Shown piece by piece: positions 17,794-27,120 of a stretch of DNA of 64,000 bases. The stretch covers positions 1 through 64,000 of the IMG/VR virus record IMGVR_UViG_3300013099_000018; one strand, 5' to 3'. A program made the position numbers and the translations under genes. The notes beneath the pieces were generated by a model that was not told the origin of the DNA, searched no databases, and saw nothing but the letters and a program-made list of their open reading frames with translations. The stretch is from a virus. Every line of letters starts with the position of its first letter. Position 1 is the first letter of the stretch.

Positions 17794-18684
17794 TCAAGCT
17801 TGAGGTATGTTGTAAATCAAGATTGTTATCTTCGTAGTTGGGACTACTTTTACATTCACCTTATCGTCTTTGTTTACGGTGAAATCCATTTCTTTCCATG
17901 TATTGGCTTTGATTGGTTTACCATCGTTAAGCCATGCTACTATTTCAATCGGAGCTACATTTGGCTTGAACTTCATGTAAGCGTAGAAATCCACATTTCC
18001 AACAACCTTAATTCTAACTCTACCATCGAATTGAACGTTCAAATCTTGCGGGAATATATCTGCCATTGCTGGTGCATAGTAATCTACTTGATAACCAAGT
18101 AGATGAGGTCTAGGTGGTATTCCTAAGTTCAGAAGTACATCTTTGATTGTTTGCTCTATTTGATTCTTAGCATAGTCATAGAATGAATAAACATCAACAA
18201 CCTTCTTTTCTTCAATCTTTGTTGGAATGCTTAAGTTCAGAAGTGCATCCTTAATAGCTTGCTCAACTTGAGACTTAGCATACTCATAGAATGAAGCTAT
18301 GTGTATTGGGTCTTCGTCTTTCAGAACTCTTTTACCTTGTAACCTCAAGTCTTCTGTGAAATTGCCTTTATTTGCGTTTATCTCGTTAGTAGTTATATCG
18401 TCAGATTGTACATTAGTTGCATTCATTGTATCTGCTTTAACGTTGGAGAAATATCCGTAAACGGAGTGAACTTGCTTAAGTTTGGAGTTGTGTACTCCAA
18501 CGTTGTATAAGGCATCTTTATCGGGAATTAAATGTGAATGGATGTAACCTACGTAATCTACAGCACCTTCTTTCTCTATTTTTTCAAGATAGTTTACTAA
18601 ATCTTCATACCAATCTTCCATTATTACGTCTCCAGCTTCCAACTTCAAACTCTCTCTCAACTCATCAAGATACGGCATAGCCAT
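17794..18684 (-). CDS. putative virion or fibre protein
   Basis: 296 aa; AGDVIMEDW motif; internal duplication SFYEYAKSQVEQAIKDALLNL / SFYDYAKNQIEQTIKDVLLNL. Confidence 0.6.
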   Translation of the reverse strand: MAMPYLDELRESLKLEAGDVIMEDWYEDLVNYLEKIEKEGAVDYVGYIHSHLIPDKDALYNVGVHNSKLKQVHSVYGYFSNVKADTMNATNVQSDDITTNEINANKGNFTEDLRLQGKRVLKDEDPIHIASFYEYAKSQVEQAIKDALLNLSIPTKIEEKKVVDVYSFYDYAKNQIEQTIKDVLLNLGIPPRPHLLGYQVDYYAPAMADIFPQDLNVQFDGRVRIKVVGNVDFYAYMKFKPNVAPIEIVAWLNDGKPIKANTWKEMDFTVNKDDKVNVKVVPTTKITILIYNIPQA

Positions 18685-18690
18685 TCACCC

Positions 18691-21600
18691 CTATGTTGAT
18701 TTTCTTTGCTCTCTCATCTTTCTTAATTTAGCTCTTTGTATGATTAACTCTTTCTCCATGTCATCAATAACAATCCAATCTACGCCAAGCTTTTTAACTT
18801 CACCATTTAGAGTTCTAACCTTATCAATCTCTTTTCTCAATGTTTCTTCGTCAATGATGTCGTAAACATAGAGGTATACAAGCTCTGTTATTATTCTTCC
18901 AATTTCTTCATTGAGATTTCTTGCTATGAGGTATGCTGGATATAATTTTACTTCTTCCTCTGGATATCCGAACATCTTTGCTTTATCTACAAGCTTTTGA
19001 ATATCTATAGGTACATATTCTGCCATGCTAACCAATTTGTCTGGTGTCCAAACAGAAGTTCTAACATATTTTTCAATGATAGCATCTATAAGAGCTTTGT
19101 CCACAATGTATTTCGATAGCTCCTTCTTAGCCTCTTCAAGTGTTATTGCTCCTCTTCTTAATCTGTTTAGAATTGCATCTATGGCTAACTTTGCTTCAGC
19201 TTGGGATTTCTCAAAATCTGCAAATTCTGTTAGAATTTGAATTTCCCTTGGTGATTTTCCTAAGTTCTTTAAGTTTTGCTGGAGCAAGTCTTTTGAGATA
19301 TAACCATTGATATATGCATCTATGACACTCCTAATCATCTTAGCTCTTTCATCCTTTAGTGGTCTTATTCTAAACACTTGCAAGATAATTGGAACTTCAT
19401 CCTCTGGAACTCCGAGAATCTCAAGCTTCTTTTTAATGAATTCCTCTGGAATATCTACGTATTCTGCATAGCTAAGTAATTGTGGTATTGACAATGTGTA
19501 AACTCTTACAGTCTTTTCTATCATCGCATCTATTAGACTCTCATCCACGATGTATTTCGACAACTCTTCTTTAGCCTTGTCGATGGTAATTGCTCCTCTC
19601 CTTAGCTGGTTCAAGATTGCATCCACAAAGTATTCAACCTTGTGTCTCCACCTACGAGCCTTTGCAAAAGTTACAAGAATTTGAATCTCCTTATCGCTTT
19701 TACCTAATTCTTTTAGAGTGGACTTAAGTTTCTCCTCATCAATGTATCCTTCCTCGAATTGCTTAAGTGTTTCTGAAATTTGCTTAGCATATTCGTCTCT
19801 TAGAGGTCTTATTCTGAAAACTTGCAAGATAATGGGTATTTCATCTTTTGGAACACCTAATATTTCTAATTTCCTCTTTAACAGTTCTTCTGGAATGTCT
19901 ACGTATTCTGCGTAGCTCAATAGTTGAGCCACTGATAAGGTATAAACTCTGACTGCTTTTTCAATTAGAGCTTCGACTATATCTTTGTCTGTTATATATT
20001 TGCTAAGGACATTCCTAGCCTCTTCGATAGTTAATACTCCTCTTCTTATCTTATTAAGAATAGCATCAATTCTTAGTTTGTAGATTTCCATTTCTTTTTC
20101 TACCTTAGCATATTGAACAATTAGGTCAATTTCCTCTTTAAATTTACCAAGTTTACTTAACTCTTGTCTAAGTGTGTTTTCATCTATGTATCCTTCGATA
20201 AATTTCTCAATCTGTATTCTGATTGCTTTTGCTCTTTCGTCCTTGATTGGTCTTATCTTAAACACTTGTAAGACAATTTCTCGCTCATCTTGTGGAACTC
20301 CAAGAATCTCAAGTTTCTTCATTAGTAACTCCTCTGGAATGTAAACTTCATCAGCATAGCTTAGTAGAGTCGAGATTGATAATGTGTAAGTTTTGGCATG
20401 CTTCTCTATGAGAGCATCTGCTAAATCCTCAGTTAACCCTAATTTAATTAGTTCTTGTTTTGCTTGTTCATGTGTTATTACACCTCTTGCTAATTTTCTA
20501 AGAATTCCATCTGCTTTAGTCTTCTTGTAGAAACCATCATACATTAGTTGTGCAATCTCGACAAAGACCTTCTTTTCTTCATCAGTTAGCTTTGCGTTGT
20601 TTACAATGTCGTTTATTGTTTTGTTGAATTCGTCTTTACTCATGAATCCTTCTGAGAATCTATATAGAATTCTGTAAAGCATGTATCTGTACCAATATCT
20701 TATCCTCTCAATTGTTCTTACCTTTCTGAGAGAGTCTGCTACTGGTTGATATAGTTTGTAATAGTCTTCATCTAATGCAAGATTTGTTAATCCTAACGAT
20801 TTAGCTACTGCATTTATTTCGTCTTTTAAGCTTTTAGTCATTCCATCGAATGGGATTATGTTCTCGGTTACTCCTCTAAGTAAATCTTTGAAATAATCCC
20901 TTAGAATGTCCAATGCTCTGTCATATTTGGCTCTTAATGCAAGTAGCTTAACTTCTCCTTCTAAGAATCTAACAGGGACATCTCTATCAAGAATCTTTAT
21001 CGTTGTGAGGTTTGATAGTGTCTTTGTCAATCCATCCAATGGCATAAATCCTTCCTTGAATGCGTTGATGACACCCGTTCTTGCATATGTTCTCTCTTCT
21101 GCTAATGCGTTCATGCACTCAGCAATTACTATAGATTCTATCCATTTGGGATGCATTCCTCTTGAAGTTACAATTAAGAAGAGTGCTTTCTCATCAAAGT
21201 ATTCATTATTGGTAATATCGTAAATCGCTTTGGGAACAGGGACTTGCCACTTATACATCCATCTTGCATCGATTCTCTGTGGTATGTCAGCCATTAAGTC
21301 TATGTAAATTAAGTTATCTGCTGTCCAATCTTTAATCCATGTGAATGGAGCATAATCATGCCACTTTGCATAGTGTCTCAAAATGTTTTCTGTTGCACTC
21401 TTTAATTTATTCCACACTTCTTCACTCGTAAACTTAGTTAACCCATATGTGCTTTGTAATTGCACAGGAGATTTCGGATTTGGCGCACCTAAGTCCATCT
21501 CTGGTTCAGGAACATACTCAACCCATGTTTGTTTTGCTACCACTCTACAAGTGAATTCCCATAAATCGCTCATGCTTGGATATTTGTAGTGTAGCAAGTA

Positions 21601-24600
21601 ATAGAGCTTAGCGATGTCTTCGTTGTATCCTTTCATAGCCATCAATTTCTTAAAGCTCTCAAACGCAACCTCTTCTTGTTCTGGAAGTGTAAATAGGTCA
21701 TGAATCATCATTCTTGCTATATCTGAAGGTGTCGGTAGCTCATACAGTAAGCTTATCGGGACTTTTCTTTCCTTGCCAAACCTATCTACAATTGTAACAA
21801 ACCAACCTTTCTCTGTTATTGGAGTTGTCAACCATGCCACGACTTCATCGTTGTAACCATATAACGCAAGATACCTTCTCATAGTTTCTAGGTGTTGTTC
21901 GAATTTCTCTTTGATTGGCATGTGTCTCCTTGTTATAGTTCTAAGCTCGGATAATGACGGTAGTTCAATAGGTAACATATTTCTAAACATTGAACTTGCC
22001 AAACGCATCATGGGTTGTGATAGCCAAATTGCATAACCATATAGAACTGCTCTACCCCACTCATCTGCATAGTTTTTCATTTCTTTTGCAATGTGTCTCA
22101 AAGTTCCACCTAAGTTTAATCCAACGTAAATTGGAATTGCTTGTTGAACTAACGTAGAATCTCCTATAGCTTGCCTAACACCAACACCTGCTGGAACGAA
22201 TCTGAATCCATGCTCTCCCTTTACCTTTACTCTCCATCCAATAAACATTTCCCAATTGTATTTGTCAAAAGCTGAAGCTAAAGCATGTAACCCTAACGAT
22301 ATTGCTCTAAACAAATACTGATTGAGAACTATCGAACCATAAAGCAATCCAGTAAGCTGTAGTGATTCTATAACCTCACCCGCAGATTGACCTTTACTAA
22401 GCTTATTAACTAATTTCATAACATGATTTTCCATAGTTTTTGCAACATTGCTAACCAGTGGTGTGAAAAGGTCATAAATAAGCTTGGTTATAGGTTCATC
22501 TGTAGCTTTAGCAATTTTATCTGCTAAACCTTTAACTGCTCCAACCAAAGATATGAATGGTTTGTTTATGAAACTAACTATAGATTTACCTATGTTTTCA
22601 AAACTATCATATATAGGTTTGATAACTTTTGAAAAGATTGCGTTGAATGCTTCAGTAGCTTTACTTGCGAACCACTCTCCAGCAGATGTAATTCCGCCCC
22701 ATATAGCTTCTCCAATTTTCTTTAATCCACTAATCAAGAAATTAAATATCCCACCGATGAAACCTATTGGGTCTTTTAAGAATTCACTTATAGCATTTCT
22801 AATTCTATCAAATGCTGAGCTAAGAGTTTGCCAAACTTTAGCTCCTATATCTCCAAGAGGTTTAACAATATATTCGCTAAATGGCGATATTATTTGTTCA
22901 TCTAACCAATTTTGCAATGGTTTAATTGCGTTATCATAGATATAGTTTCCTAAGTTTTGGATATGCTCTGGTATCTTACTAACCCAATCGACAAAGTCTC
23001 TCCATCCTTTTGTTATCCAATCCTTAGCTCCAGAGAACCAATCTTGTACTGTGGTTATTGCATTCTTGAGCCAATCTGGTAAGTGTTCCCATATCCACTT
23101 ACCTATTGCACTGAAAGCATCTGCTAAAGGCTTTACTACATTATCGTTGAACCAACCCAACGGGTCTTTAGCTATATTGCCAAAGAAATCTGCTATCGAC
23201 TTAATGTAATTTGGAATATTAGTTATGAAATCGATGAATTTCTGCCTAATTTGGTCAAAGAATTGTGCTATACCTACTAATGGGTTGACGAATCCCTGAA
23301 ATGCTTTGCTGATTTCCGCCATTTTTGTTGGTATATCCCTTAATTTGTCAAAGAATGGTTTAATGTGTTTATCCCATAAGTCTTCAAAGAAGGCTTTTAT
23401 AGGCTTTACGACATGTTCTTCAAGGGGTTGAACGATGTTTTGTTGTATGAATTGCCATACTTTTTGTGGCAATTCTGGTAATATTTTAAGTTTTTCAATT
23501 ATATCTCCAAATCCTTCACTTATCTTCTCTGGAATCTTTTTGACTTCCTCGATTACCTTATTTATTGTTTTACTGGCATTTTCAAATCCCTTTGCTATCT
23601 TTTCAGGGATTTTTCTAACCTCTTCGAAAATATCTCCAATAGTTTTTCCAAAATCTTCAAACTTTTTCCTAATTTCTTCAAATAAACTTGAAATCTTTTC
23701 TGGAATCTTTTTGACTTCCTCGATTATTCCGCTAAGGGATTTACCTACATTTTCAAAACCTTCAGCTATTTTCTGTGGTAACTCCTTGACTTTATCCATT
23801 ATCCCTCTTAAATTCTCGATAACGTTTTTGAAACCATCTGATATTTTCTGTGGTAACTCTTTGACTTTGTCGAAGATTTCACGAACCTTATCTAATATGT
23901 TTCTAAATCCATCGGATATCTTTTGAGGTAAATCTTTGACTTTGTCTACAATAAGTCCTAAGTTCTTTAAAACCTCTTCAAATCCTTGAGAGACTTTCTC
24001 TGGTAGCTCTTTTACCTTCTCGAATATGTTGTTAAGAGATTTTCCAACATCTTCAAACCCTTTAGCTATCTTTTGTGGAATTTCTTTGACTTTGTCTACA
24101 ATAGTGCCTAAATTCTTCAAGACATCTTTAAACCCATCAGCTATTTTTTGAGGTATTTCTTTAATCTTATCGTAAATATCTCGTATTTTGTCTAATGCAT
24201 TCTTAAATCCATCAGCTATTTTTTGATAAATACCCTTAATCTTATCAAATATGTCTTTAACCGTAGAACCTATATTACCTAATTTACTTAATATTTCACC
24301 CACCTTGCCTGGAAGTTCTTTAACCCTTTCAAAAATAGAATTTACAACACTACCAACACTACCAATTTTATTTAAAACATCGCTTATTCTGCCTGGAATT
24401 CCTTTAACTGTATTTAATATATCATTAATAACATCTCCTATATTACCCAATTTTGAAAGAACATCACTTATTCTACCAGGTAGTTTACTGACTGTATTAT
24501 ATACATCAGAGATTTTACCCAATATAGCATTCTTTACAGATGACAACCCCCTATCAATAGCATTTAGCACTGTCGATGCTAGTTGTCCTAATGGGTCGGT

Positions 24601-24729
24601 TACACCACCGTATTCAATGTAAAACTCTTCGATATCGCTTAGGCTAAACTCTTCTAAAGTTTTTTCAATATCGAATGCTTGAATGATTATTTGTGGATTG
24701 ATGTTAAATTCCTCAACCTCAGTTGCCAT
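18691..24729 (-). CDS. giant (2012 aa) helical repeat virion protein, probable terminal-structure or fibre protein
   Basis: N-terminal Pro-punctuated 25-28 aa amphipathic repeats, central hydrophobic region, three 148-aa C-terminal repeats; GAGGTGA SD. Confidence 0.75.
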   Translation of the reverse strand: MATEVEEFNINPQIIIQAFDIEKTLEEFSLSDIEEFYIEYGGVTDPLGQLASTVLNAIDRGLSSVKNAILGKISDVYNTVSKLPGRISDVLSKLGNIGDVINDILNTVKGIPGRISDVLNKIGSVGSVVNSIFERVKELPGKVGEILSKLGNIGSTVKDIFDKIKGIYQKIADGFKNALDKIRDIYDKIKEIPQKIADGFKDVLKNLGTIVDKVKEIPQKIAKGFEDVGKSLNNIFEKVKELPEKVSQGFEEVLKNLGLIVDKVKDLPQKISDGFRNILDKVREIFDKVKELPQKISDGFKNVIENLRGIMDKVKELPQKIAEGFENVGKSLSGIIEEVKKIPEKISSLFEEIRKKFEDFGKTIGDIFEEVRKIPEKIAKGFENASKTINKVIEEVKKIPEKISEGFGDIIEKLKILPELPQKVWQFIQQNIVQPLEEHVVKPIKAFFEDLWDKHIKPFFDKLRDIPTKMAEISKAFQGFVNPLVGIAQFFDQIRQKFIDFITNIPNYIKSIADFFGNIAKDPLGWFNDNVVKPLADAFSAIGKWIWEHLPDWLKNAITTVQDWFSGAKDWITKGWRDFVDWVSKIPEHIQNLGNYIYDNAIKPLQNWLDEQIISPFSEYIVKPLGDIGAKVWQTLSSAFDRIRNAISEFLKDPIGFIGGIFNFLISGLKKIGEAIWGGITSAGEWFASKATEAFNAIFSKVIKPIYDSFENIGKSIVSFINKPFISLVGAVKGLADKIAKATDEPITKLIYDLFTPLVSNVAKTMENHVMKLVNKLSKGQSAGEVIESLQLTGLLYGSIVLNQYLFRAISLGLHALASAFDKYNWEMFIGWRVKVKGEHGFRFVPAGVGVRQAIGDSTLVQQAIPIYVGLNLGGTLRHIAKEMKNYADEWGRAVLYGYAIWLSQPMMRLASSMFRNMLPIELPSLSELRTITRRHMPIKEKFEQHLETMRRYLALYGYNDEVVAWLTTPITEKGWFVTIVDRFGKERKVPISLLYELPTPSDIARMMIHDLFTLPEQEEVAFESFKKLMAMKGYNEDIAKLYYLLHYKYPSMSDLWEFTCRVVAKQTWVEYVPEPEMDLGAPNPKSPVQLQSTYGLTKFTSEEVWNKLKSATENILRHYAKWHDYAPFTWIKDWTADNLIYIDLMADIPQRIDARWMYKWQVPVPKAIYDITNNEYFDEKALFLIVTSRGMHPKWIESIVIAECMNALAEERTYARTGVINAFKEGFMPLDGLTKTLSNLTTIKILDRDVPVRFLEGEVKLLALRAKYDRALDILRDYFKDLLRGVTENIIPFDGMTKSLKDEINAVAKSLGLTNLALDEDYYKLYQPVADSLRKVRTIERIRYWYRYMLYRILYRFSEGFMSKDEFNKTINDIVNNAKLTDEEKKVFVEIAQLMYDGFYKKTKADGILRKLARGVITHEQAKQELIKLGLTEDLADALIEKHAKTYTLSISTLLSYADEVYIPEELLMKKLEILGVPQDEREIVLQVFKIRPIKDERAKAIRIQIEKFIEGYIDENTLRQELSKLGKFKEEIDLIVQYAKVEKEMEIYKLRIDAILNKIRRGVLTIEEARNVLSKYITDKDIVEALIEKAVRVYTLSVAQLLSYAEYVDIPEELLKRKLEILGVPKDEIPIILQVFRIRPLRDEYAKQISETLKQFEEGYIDEEKLKSTLKELGKSDKEIQILVTFAKARRWRHKVEYFVDAILNQLRRGAITIDKAKEELSKYIVDESLIDAMIEKTVRVYTLSIPQLLSYAEYVDIPEEFIKKKLEILGVPEDEVPIILQVFRIRPLKDERAKMIRSVIDAYINGYISKDLLQQNLKNLGKSPREIQILTEFADFEKSQAEAKLAIDAILNRLRRGAITLEEAKKELSKYIVDKALIDAIIEKYVRTSVWTPDKLVSMAEYVPIDIQKLVDKAKMFGYPEEEVKLYPAYLIARNLNEEIGRIITELVYLYVYDIIDEETLRKEIDKVRTLNGEVKKLGVDWIVIDDMEKELIIQRAKLRKMREQRKST
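19057..20388 (-). repeat. three tandem 444-bp (148-aa) coding repeats
   Basis: YTLS...LLSYA units begin at 20388, 19944 and 19500; a degenerate fourth follows. Confidence 0.9.
23455..24483 (-). repeat. about 13 tandem coding repeats, mostly 25 aa (range 21-32)
   Basis: (L/I)P(Q/E)KIxxGF...KVKE units; the first three are 28 aa. Confidence 0.85.
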
Positions 24730-24748
24730 TAACTATCACCTCTAGTAT

Positions 24749-25132
24749 TTATGATATACTTGTCGCTTTAAAATAATATCTTAACTCTTGGACTATTCTC
24801 TGTTTGAATTCTTCATCGTTTTTAACCATGATATGGAATACTGGAGTAGCTTTATTACCTTCTACAAAGCGTAAGCCTATAAGATAACTAGGTTCAATAA
24901 CTTCTCCACCTACTCTGTTTACTTCCATTATTTGCACTTTTATAACCTTGTGCGAGACTACTTCGACATTTTCTCTGTTTAGGTATTTTTTATCTGGGTT
25001 AAGAAGTAACTTTGCATCTACCGAGTAGTATTTGTTTACTATACCATCTTTACCAACTACTTCTTTGAGTTGGTATTCTTTCACATAGTAAACATCTAAA
25101 TAAAGCTCATCTCCACCCTTAATCTTAACCAT
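24749..25132 (-). CDS. hypothetical protein
   Basis: 127 aa ORF with an AT-rich promoter-like upstream sequence ending AATTGAATAT-ATG, as at 7662. Confidence 0.65.
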   Translation of the reverse strand: MVKIKGGDELYLDVYYVKEYQLKEVVGKDGIVNKYYSVDAKLLLNPDKKYLNRENVEVVSHKVIKVQIMEVNRVGGEVIEPSYLIGLRFVEGNKATPVFHIMVKNDEEFKQRIVQELRYYFKATSIS

Positions 25133-25258
25133 ATATTCAATTAAACATAAAAAAATAAAAGAATTGTGTTGGTGAAAGAGTTAAGAAACCTTTTTTACTA
25201 CTGTAACTATTTTGGTTAGCACTTTTTTAAGAACTGATGCATGGTCTTGATTCTTCAT

Positions 25259-26602
25259 AAAATAATAGCGGTGCGGAAATTTCGCTTTTCAAAGCGGAGA
25301 GGAGTACCGCAACACTTAAATATCTAAATTTTTCACAACTCAATGAATGGTTACAATATCTGTGAAATTTAAGCTTGAACTTACGAAGGAGCAAAAGCAG
25401 AAGATTTTGGATTTAGCCAAAAAGTATAGAGATGCATTTAACGAAATTAGCGAATACGCTTTTAACAATCGTGTTTTTGACCATATTAGTTTGCATAAGG
25501 CTTTATACTACAAACTCAAAGAGAAGTATGGTTTTCAGTCTCAGATTGCTATTTCAGTTATCAGAGAGGTTGCTCAACATTACGATTCTGTCTTTAACCA
25601 GTTAGCTGAGAAATTTAATATCTCGAAGAGAAATCGTAAGAAGTTAATCGAACTATTCTATAAAGAGATTGGAAAACCAATTAGAAGGAAAAAACTGATT
25701 GTTAAGCTCGTTAAAAGAAGGAGCTATGATTTAAAGCTAAATCCAAGAGTTTGTTCAATCTCGGTTATCGGTGAAAGATTGAAGAAAATACCTTACTATG
25801 GTTGGAACAAACACTACGAATATATTGAGAAATACGGTTACGGAGATGCCATTCTTTATTACGAGAGGAGTAACAAGCTCTGGTATCTTATTGTATCTGT
25901 AGATGTTCCTGATAAGGAACTCAAGCCTAAGAAGGTTGTCGGAGTTGATATAAACGAACCTTCCAATAGTTTTGTAGCTTTGCATGATAGTTTAGGCAAA
26001 TCTAAGCTTATCGAATTCTCTCAACAAGTTTTGAGATTGAAATCCCATTATCAGAAGTTACGCTCACAGCTTCAGGCTAAAGGCACTCGCTCCGCTAAGA
26101 GGCGTTTGTTGTCTCTTAGCGGAGTCGAGAAACGGCTGGTTAGAAATTTCCTCCATGTCGTTGCTAAGAAGATTGTAGTAGAGAACTCACCTTGTGTTTT
26201 CGGTTTGGAGGACTTAGAAGGCATTAGAGAATTCAGAGAAAACAACGCTAAGTTCAAGGGAGAGAAAAGAAGGTTGTTTAGCCAGTGGTGTTTCAGAGAG
26301 CTTCAAACCCTAATCGAGTACAAAGCTAAGCTCTACGGAAGTAAGGTAGTTTATGTGAATCCGCAATGCACATCAATAAGTTGTCCAGTATGCGGTTACA
26401 CTGCTAAAGAAAATAGAAATGGTAAAGAATTCGAATGTAAGAATTGTGGATTCAAAGAACATGCAGATATTGTCGGTGCTAAAAATATTATGTTAAGGGT
26501 TTTGAAATCTCTTCAAAACGGGGCGTTTGTCAGCCGTCCCGATGCTCCCTCTCCGTTAGGAGAGGTCGAGCAAGCTCCGCCCTTTAGGGCGGGGTAGCTG
26601 AC
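25259..26602 (+). mobile_element. IS200/IS605-family solo tnpB element (IS1341-like, no tnpA)
   Basis: Left hairpin CGCTTT-TC-AAAGCG; right hairpin CCGCCC-TTTA-GGGCGG followed by GGTAGCTGAC; candidate TAM TTCAT at 25254-25258; removing the element restores an ORF. Confidence 0.75.
25347..26597 (+). CDS. tnpB: RNA-guided endonuclease TnpB
   Basis: RuvC-I VVGVDIN, RuvC-II GLEDL, zinc finger CPVCG...CKNCG, RuvC-III HADIVGAKNI all intact. Confidence 0.93.
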   Translation: MVTISVKFKLELTKEQKQKILDLAKKYRDAFNEISEYAFNNRVFDHISLHKALYYKLKEKYGFQSQIAISVIREVAQHYDSVFNQLAEKFNISKRNRKKLIELFYKEIGKPIRRKKLIVKLVKRRSYDLKLNPRVCSISVIGERLKKIPYYGWNKHYEYIEKYGYGDAILYYERSNKLWYLIVSVDVPDKELKPKKVVGVDINEPSNSFVALHDSLGKSKLIEFSQQVLRLKSHYQKLRSQLQAKGTRSAKRRLLSLSGVEKRLVRNFLHVVAKKIVVENSPCVFGLEDLEGIREFRENNAKFKGEKRRLFSQWCFRELQTLIEYKAKLYGSKVVYVNPQCTSISCPVCGYTAKENRNGKEFECKNCGFKEHADIVGAKNIMLRVLKSLQNGAFVSRPDAPSPLGEVEQAPPFRAG

Positions 26603-26622
26603 TAGGTAAACAAATCCATCTG
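26480..26622 (+). ncRNA. putative TnpB omegaRNA (reRNA); guide TAGGTAAACAAATCCATCTG; boundaries approximate
   Basis: GC-rich stems GGGGCG...CGTCCC, CTCTCC...GGAGAG and the right-end hairpin overlap the tnpB 3' end, as is known for TnpB loci. Confidence 0.6.
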
Positions 26623-26785
26623 TAAGCTCAGAATCCCCTCTTTTGACTACGTATTCTACACATTGTATATCGTTTGTTATGTTTTCAATGTTTGTAACTT
26701 CAAGAGTGAATTCGCCCTCACTTATCTTAAAACCCTTCGATACCATGTCCAATAAATAGTGTTAAAAATATAAGATAGTTATTCC

Positions 26786-27082
26786 TCACCTTCTACCTCT
26801 TTTACCTACCTTCTTAGAAGTTGAAGTAACTACATCTTGCATCTTTTTGAGGATTTTTGCTACTTCTCTTGCATGCTGGAATATTTCACATTCATCTCTT
26901 TTTTCACATTCACATGTCGCCACTGCAAACACTAACTTAGCGTTTATGTTTATAAGGTCTGATTGTAGTTTTAGGAATTCTTCTGAAACTTGCGGTGGTA
27001 CACTTGCTTGAGGAGTTGTCATGTCGCCACCTACACCCATATCCGATGCCTCCTTAGCCACAACATCTTTAGCCTCTGCCAT
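26786..27082 (-). CDS. hypothetical protein with a CxCxxxxxC motif
   Basis: 98 aa; leaderless TATA (TTTTTATAG) about 23 nt upstream. Confidence 0.65.
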   Translation of the reverse strand: MAEAKDVVAKEASDMGVGGDMTTPQASVPPQVSEEFLKLQSDLININAKLVFAVATCECEKRDECEIFQHAREVAKILKKMQDVVTSTSKKVGKRGRR

Positions 27083-27120
27083 GTTTTACAATATATGCAA
27101 ATGCTATAAAAACGTTGTTC

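Larger units (their letters stand above)
25181..26752 (-). pseudogene. small (~75 aa) gene interrupted by the tnpB element
   Basis: Joining 26752-26603 to 25258-25181 gives MDMVSKGF...TDGFVYL|MKNQDHASVLKKVLTKIVTVVKKVS* in frame. Confidence 0.55.

Noticed and set aside
19025-24622. Several + strand ORFs of 60-160 aa opposite the giant gene, and similar antisense ORFs elsewhere
   Set aside because: Ser/Phe/Leu/Ile-rich antisense shadows of K/E-rich coding sequence, with no SD or promoter.
18691-24729. Tail tape measure protein of a head-tail virus
   Set aside because: No terminase, portal or HK97 capsid gene is visible, and the capsid genes are SIRV2-type.
26513-26752. 79-aa ORF as an intact gene
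   Set aside because: Its C-terminal part reads through the tnpB right end on the opposite strand; it is better explained as the 5' fragment of an interrupted gene.
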